From positions 558,001 to 622,000 of the forward strand of contig CDRNST010000196.1 of the NCBI GenBank assembly GCA_977016875.1: 64,000 nucleotides of DNA, in the 5' to 3' direction. The translations under genes were made by a program, and so were the position numbers. Source of the stretch: Pavona decussata (Eukaryota). Below are positions 62,401 through 64,000 of this stretch, in pieces (within the stretch, counting starts at the first letter, position 1; each line of letters opens with the position of its first letter). The notes under the pieces are model-generated. The model was not told where the DNA came from and searched no databases. It saw nothing but the letters and a program-made list of their open reading frames with translations.

Positions 62401-62429
62401 TGTCATCCATTATTTTAAAATAATCCGAC
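2091..62429 (-). CDS. Multi-exon type-I membrane receptor, partial: CUB x4.5, C-type lectin x3, Sushi, F5/8C, LamG, FN3, stalk, TM (19 exons, 4401 nt)
   Basis: Exons in transcription order: 62429-62257, 60525-60369, 58481-58309, 54301-53930, 46590-46434, 45680-45508, 41540-41169, 36423-36267, 34578-34406, 31212-31056, 29020-28848, 11725-11351, 7803-7600, 7269-6947, 6230-6092, 5305-5254, 4584-4058, 3074-2772, 2331-2091. All have AG/GT ends, adjacent phases match and junction codons are sense. That they form one transcript is inferred. Confidence 0.75.
2216..2319. repeat. 38-bp direct repeat, 66-bp period, inside the stalk exon (TGTIGTPTDKSV x2)
   Basis: AACGCTTTTATCTGTTGGAGTACCAATTGTACCTGTCG at 2216-2253 and 2282-2319. 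Confidence 0.9.
2772..3074 (-). CDS. Exon: fibronectin type III domain
   Basis: PTPP...VNLTWSPP...ITKYRIYYRE...YEIAVSALN...G pattern. 303 nt, phase 1-1. Confidence 0.9.
4058..4584 (-). CDS. Exon: LamG/pentraxin-like (ConA-fold) domain, main part
   Basis: DFTIAFW...WNHVAIT...KVFVNG...FVGSVMDLYVDGRALSVDEI. 527 nt, phase 2-1. Confidence 0.88.
4746..4922. mobile_element. pogo/Tc1-mariner-type MITE
   Basis: TA|CAGTCAAACC...GGTGTCACTG|TA with internal GTCCGTA repeats. Confidence 0.65.
5254..5305 (-). CDS. 52-nt exon: N-terminal strand of the LamG-like domain (GKRIISHWLLDGSDPDVK)
   Basis: ccttttag acceptor and gtaagc donor. Phase 1-2 bridges the flanking exons exactly. HWxLDG motif. Not in the ORF track. 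Confidence 0.82.
6092..6230 (-). CDS. Exon: F5/8 type C (discoidin) domain, C-terminal half
   Basis: [46 protein letters not shown]. Phase 0-1. Not in the ORF track. Confidence 0.92.
6742..6873. mobile_element. Short MITE with ~27-bp imperfect TIRs
   Basis: GGCCCCATTTGTTCAAAGAGCGGATAA ... TTATCCGCTCTTTAAACAATCGGGGC. Confidence 0.6.
6947..7269 (-). CDS. Exon: F5/8 type C domain, N-terminal part
   Basis: CRKALGME...ISASS...WLQVDLG...VATQG...WVTKYKLQYSYDG. Phase 1-0. Confidence 0.92.
7600..7803 (-). CDS. Exon: Sushi/CCP domain
   Basis: C...YGSTCTFNCSSGYQLSGPASIRC...GAWS...C. 204 nt, phase 1-1. Confidence 0.88.
8605..9013. mobile_element. TTAA-flanked non-autonomous DNA element (Kolobok-like ends)
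   Basis: TTAA|GGGGGCAATTCACCTAAA ... TTTAGGTAAATTGCCCCC|TTAA. Absent from units 2 and 3. Confidence 0.75.
9018..9518. mobile_element. Second TTAA-flanked insertion abutting the previous one
   Basis: Bounded by TTAA at 9014-9017 and 9519-9522. Absent from the sister units, which read GTTACTTAAGTGTCACG. TIRs weak. Confidence 0.5.
9649..10770 (-). mobile_element. Degenerate 3' end of a CR1/L2-type LINE with (TAAA)n tail, interrupted by a MITE; also in units 2 and 3
   Basis: Minus-strand relics IFNCLNGLASGYLS...NKDLLCLP...KTWNELP once the MITE is removed. (TTTA)n on the plus strand at 9649-9682. Confidence 0.55.
10097..10618. mobile_element. piggyBac-like MITE (old; shared by all three units)
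   Basis: TTAA|CTCTATGCAGACCG ... CGGTCTAGATAGGG| followed by a degenerate TTAA (TCGA here, TTGA in the sister units). Confidence 0.55.
11351..11725 (-). CDS. Exon: C-type lectin domain 1 (membrane-proximal)
   Basis: CPTGW...SCFK...WNAAKSFC...LA...WIAL...WLWIDG...NWDSNQPNN...DCV...WHDVPC...ICE. 375 nt, phase 1-1. Confidence 0.93.
13430..13950 (+). pseudogene. Degenerate, probably transposon-derived ORF with CxxC...CxxxC motif (longer copy at ~43227-44095)
   Basis: ETPKKVVDESSKCFLCSS...LFICKAVCYKR across frameshifts. Unit 2 continues ...PSLLRRTEKDHLEKFD*...WRERAPFFYSFL. Family not identified. Confidence 0.4.
16103..17696 (+). CDS. Harbinger DDE transposase (HARBI1-like), exons 16103-16501 + 16806-17696, 429 aa
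   Basis: AAG|GTCAGT...AACAG|GTT phase-0 intron joins LSAEKK to VGITLYFL. Motifs GAVDGTHIPI, THDAKVF, LGDPGYP, IECAYGRLKARW. Confidence 0.92.
18677..20138 (-). CDS. Harbinger Myb/SANT-like DNA-binding protein, exons 20138-19829 + 19449-18677, 360 aa
   Basis: MASSRWTWDEEKT...RVKNKYK|GLKRSY...SGSG...HELWGGS, then an acidic linker, basic NLS-like segment and coiled coil. Phase-1 GT-AG intron. Confidence 0.85.
20431..20690. repeat. (AAGTG)n/(AAGTA)n pentanucleotide microsatellite
   Basis: Directly visible. Paralogous arrays at 56897-57110 and short ones at ~32558, ~37430 and ~61525. Confidence 0.97.
21130..21430. repeat. Degenerate T-rich ~50-60-bp minisatellite (core CATTGGAAAACG); copies at ~44900-45190 and ~57700-57990
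   Basis: Recurrent CATTGG(G/A)AAACG(G/A)AATTC-like cores separated by TTTTCGTTTT tracts. Confidence 0.55.
21585..21651. repeat. (TA)n microsatellite
   Basis: Directly visible. Only ~4 units at the equivalent sites in units 2 and 3. Confidence 0.97.
22251..23576 (+). CDS. Polinton/Maverick (adintovirus)-type FtsK/HerA A32-like DNA-packaging ATPase with C-terminal extension (first ATG 22296)
   Basis: HPFTCMVAGMTGSGKT (Walker A), LMVIDDQM (Walker B), FTRGSHHRNLSIIYIVQNLF, SLNSHYLVLFKNPRD, GYLLVDL, RLRTNVLP. Intronless, 441 open codons. Confidence 0.9.
   Translation: MLQTGFRLIFSRKDNMQRHMSRKHSEPPSFTPFRPMPFSVEKCQRFQFVHPFTCMVAGMTGSGKTVWVKSLLQQAQRAINLPPERIVWCYSQWQPAYLELMATMPNIEFIRGIPSNLEHDSYFDIRQRNLMVIDDQMADAGEDKRIVNLFTRGSHHRNLSIIYIVQNLFHQGKGSRSISLNSHYLVLFKNPRDKLQVLTLAKQMYPRYTDFFINHFEQAVQRHFGYLLVDLKTTTQDNCRLRTNVLPSEERFDNVAVPDNISQELLQYLKQQNVMTPAVVPVMKKLQDSMDGLLSRSDLGDDERAKHYMQLQNKYLTFKQQLNSRLKESNLPYSEEQRQISSNLMPDQEPVTVQAAAVQTPMVIQATAAQEPIATQATPAEASLPSSILRPPPTVPSPTQKRKKPPRIRFKNYLDDDDRPSRRCRRTHRNHPYKASQQDKF
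24115..24515 (+). mobile_element. Degenerate CR1/L2-type LINE 3' end inside the Sola3-like cargo
   Basis: YK*MNNLTPGYL...NNDLTLPKCRLAKGQRAFIFRGAK relic, T-rich UTR, AATAAA and (GTAT)n tail. Confidence 0.55.
28848..29020 (-). CDS. Exon: CUB C-terminal half (type A, copy 1)
   Basis: RSDYFKIIDDNNLLVGKYCGDQSGEEVFVFGNYAVITFHSDSSTQKRGFRTFFTFIQL. 173 nt, phase 2-1. Confidence 0.9.
29394..29571. mobile_element. pogo-type MITE (also 58932-59109); absent from type-B CUB introns
   Basis: TA|CAGTGGAACC...GGTTCGACT(T)|TA with CGGACAC repeats. Empty site near 35021 and 62867. Confidence 0.7.
31056..31212 (-). CDS. Exon: CUB N-terminal half
   Basis: CASVANNTLESPLYPNNYPAGIHCVYNVSIPHGKALKIYFQMFDLEPSSSC. 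157 nt, phase 1-2. Confidence 0.9.
31793..32087. mobile_element. 295-bp insertion ending in a long hairpin, no TSD
   Basis: Empty site GACAT|GTAGCGC at ~36985, ~47024 and ~61045. Inverted repeat at 31970-32085. Confidence 0.7.
32777..33065. mobile_element. 289-bp insertion ending in a long hairpin
   Basis: Absent at ~61740 (CTGTTCAAG). ATATCAAACAC...GTGTTTGATAT inverted repeat at ~32920-33060. Flanked by TTC on both sides. Confidence 0.65.
33116..33937. mobile_element. ~820-bp insertion, possibly a solo LTR
   Basis: Absent at ~61790. Ends in GTGACA, begins TATAAGG (possibly a mutated TGT), internal CTATAAAA. TSD unclear. Confidence 0.45.
34406..34578 (-). CDS. Exon: CUB C-terminal half (type B, copy 1)
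   Basis: RSDYFKIMDHKNVLVGKYCGEQSGKEIFVSGKHVVLTFHSDSSTQERGFRIFFTFIQF. 173 nt, phase 2-1. Not in the ORF track. Confidence 0.9.
36267..36423 (-). CDS. Exon: CUB N-terminal half
   Basis: CASVVNNTLESPLYPNNYPPGIHCVYNASISHGKALKIYFQMFDLEPSSSC. 157 nt, phase 1-2. Confidence 0.9.
37686..38648 (+). mobile_element. Internally deleted hAT element retaining the transposase dimerisation domain (ORF 38006-38365)
   Basis: TIRs CAAGGACTGCGGAGC / GCTGCGCGGTCCCTG (12/15 match). PATSATGERSFSMARRVKTWLR motif. Empty site CAATGCGTAGGTAC at ~33093 and ~61768. Confidence 0.8.
39137..39160 (-). pseudogene. Truncated CUB C-half exon remnant with donor mutated to GC (second copy 51938-51961)
   Basis: Only TTCTTCACTTTTATTCAACTTA|GCAAGT remains. 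It is fused directly to CTL-unit intron sequence. Confidence 0.75.
41169..41540 (-). CDS. Exon: C-type lectin domain 2
   Basis: 372 nt, phase 1-1, QPN and WHD motifs, six conserved Cys. Confidence 0.92.
44141..44433. other. Assembly gap (293 N) at a pentanucleotide microsatellite
   Basis: N run. Confidence 1.
45508..45680 (-). CDS. Exon: CUB C-terminal half (type A, copy 2)
   Basis: RSDYVKIINDNNVLVGRYCGEQFGKEVFVFGKYAVITFHSDSSTQKRGF. 173 nt, phase 2-1. Confidence 0.88.
46434..46590 (-). CDS. Exon: CUB N-terminal half
   Basis: 157 nt, phase 1-2, ESPLYPNNYPPGMHCVY...FDLEPSSSC. Confidence 0.88.
47347..51449 (+). mobile_element. Second copy of the deleted hAT element, left end lost, split by a LINE
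   Basis: ORF 47416-47775 is near-identical to 38006-38365. Right TIR at 51435-51449. Confidence 0.8.
47858..51228 (+). mobile_element. 5'-truncated L1/Tx1-clade LINE; ORF2 pseudogene (to 50917) with frameshifts and stops
   Basis: Starts at the endonuclease SDH motif, then GTWKFNNSLL, DQTGFVKGRYI, IDFEKAFD, RGVRQVCPLSP, QFADD and a CIYC...EHTFIDC knuckle. AATAAA at 51201, poly(A) at 51214-51227. 15-bp TSD at 47843-47857 / 51229-51243 (2 mismatches). Empty site at 38433-38447. Confidence 0.93.
53930..54301 (-). CDS. Exon: C-type lectin domain 3 (same protein sequence as domain 2)
   Basis: 372 nt, phase 1-1. Confidence 0.9.
56897..57110. repeat. (AAGTG)n/(AAGTA)n microsatellite running into a gap
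   Basis: Directly visible. Confidence 0.97.
57111..57256. other. Assembly gap (146 N)
   Basis: N run. Confidence 1.
58309..58481 (-). CDS. Exon: CUB C-terminal half (type A, copy 3)
   Basis: 173 nt, phase 2-1, YCG and FHSD motifs. Confidence 0.88.
60369..60525 (-). CDS. Exon: CUB N-terminal half
   Basis: 157 nt, phase 1-2, ...HGKALQIYFQIFDLDPSSSC. Confidence 0.88.
62257..62429 (-). CDS. Exon: CUB C-terminal half (type B, copy 2); its partner N-half is expected just beyond 64000
   Basis: RSDYFKIMDDKNVFVGKHCGNQSGKEVLVSGKHVVLTFHSDSSTQERGFQMVF. 173 nt, phase 2-1. Confidence 0.88.
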
Positions 62430-64000
62430 CTGCAAAAAAATTTAATCATAAGATTAATGAAAGTGTTTCATCAAAACTTTAAAGTTAAATCGCTTCTTTT
62501 ATAAAAATAAATCAATTTAAACCCTTTGTCCTTTTTAGCCGTTGAAATCACCAGTTTTTATTTTGTACTTGTTGAATAATCCTTCCAAAGTTCAATTCGG
62601 CGCGACCCGCAAAGGGCACTTCCACACCCCCTCTTTTTCAATTGGCGACTTTTTCTTATTTCCACTGACCATTCAGCGCCAAGAAAAGAACTTACCCATC
62701 ATCCGAGTCGGACAGATTATGTGTCTTTGGACTTCGTTAGAGCAGCGACTGTTCGCAGCCGAGAGATTTGTTACACTTTTGGAATGGCATTAAAGCGAAT
62801 CTGATGCCATCATCGTTACCATGAAACCGAACCCTATAACTCACTCTTGGTGTCATTGTAGCCGGATATACACGCTAAACATTAGATGTACTATGCAGTA
62901 TGAAAAGACCGACCGATTCGTTCTTTGAAGCTCGCAAGAGACTCAAATACGCGTCGCACGACCGAGATTGTTAATCTTTTTTGGATGTGATTCTAACAAG
63001 AGAAAACAAGAGACGTCTGCTTCGCAAATAGTTCAGTGCAAATTATGTCGTTTTTGTGTATGTCCGTCTATATTGGGAAGACGTCAGGTAACGCGATTTC
63101 TATTCTCCTTGCCGAACAGCTCAAAAGTTTGCTTTCGGTCCGACTTTTACGCGAAAAGCTTTTACGGTTCGTAGAGGAGTAAAACTTGACGATAATTCGG
63201 GTTATTAATAAATTCACCGGGTAAATGGGATTTGTTGATTTAAGTAAAGGAGGCTACTAAGTGCCAAGATTCACGATATGTGACCATTGTCAGCTTCTAT
63301 TTTTTTAACAGAGATCCATCAGACGCGTTATAAGATTTCATGACCCTTTGTCACTCATTGTCATATACGTGAATCAACAAATTCGATTTGCAATTGCCCT
63401 GCACATTGAGTCTGTATTATGTTCTAACCCCCCACCCCCGCGCCCCTGCTCGTTGTGCGGGTCTAATTGTTGGTTTTTTCCCTTACTTTTATTAATTCCA
63501 TGCGTAAACGTTGGGACGAAAGGCTTGCTACACAGACTACAGTTTGCATTTTTGCTCTCAAGGTACTGAAGTCATCGGATCACCCGGTCGTGTTTGAGGA
63601 CCTCAAAGCAAATATACTTCCCTATGCGGAAATTCTAAATATAAATTGAGAGAAATTCACGAATCGTAAGGGCTATACCGGGTCTTTCCGTCTCTGCCCC
63701 CCTTAATTTCCCTCTCAAAGATGTGACTGATAATTAAACAGGATTAGAACTTATCATATCGCTCAAATCAGTCACGTGGACAAGGGTTAAATTAAAAAAC
63801 TGTCAATCTGAAAAGCCTGGGGTGGCAATTGATTTTAGTCACAGGGGACATTGGGGCTGATTATCTTTCGCCTCATCAACAGCCTATATATTATCACTCC
63901 AATTACCATTCTTCAGTATGCTTTTGAATCTACCGTTACCGACCATCCATTTTTTGTAGGCTAGGTGGTCGCTTACAGGAGGTGGTCGGTTGCAAGAGAT

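Larger units (their letters stand above)
51957..64000. repeat. Segmental duplication unit 3 (CTL + CUB-A + half CUB-B; runs off the window)
   Basis: Colinear similarity to units 1 and 2. Confidence 0.85.

Overview
AT-rich eukaryotic genomic DNA with spliceosomal introns and two N gaps. The repeat landscape and domain content suggest a marine invertebrate, probably a stony coral or other cnidarian (inference). One large minus-strand gene runs through the whole window. I assembled 19 exons (4401 nt, ~1467 codons) with GT-AG boundaries, matching phases and no stops. They encode the ectodomain and TM of a type-I membrane receptor: (half CUB)-CUB-CTL-CUB-CTL-CUB-CUB-CTL-Sushi-F5/8C-LamG-FN3-Thr-rich stalk-TM. 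The N-terminus and probably the cytoplasmic domain lie outside the window. The CUB/C-type-lectin array was built by tandem segmental duplication (three units starting at ~8425, 39156 and 51957), and its lectin exons show a strong excess of amino-acid replacements. The introns hold many transposons whose ends can be fixed against empty sites in the sister units. These include an apparently intact autonomous PIF/Harbinger element (15972-20427), a 7.03-kb Sola3-like long-TIR element (21664-28693) with no transposase but an open Polinton/Maverick-type packaging ATPase ORF, a dead Tx1/L1-like LINE nested in a hAT remnant, hAT fragments, MITEs, hairpin-ended inserts and microsatellites. All family assignments are by motif recognition; no searches were run.
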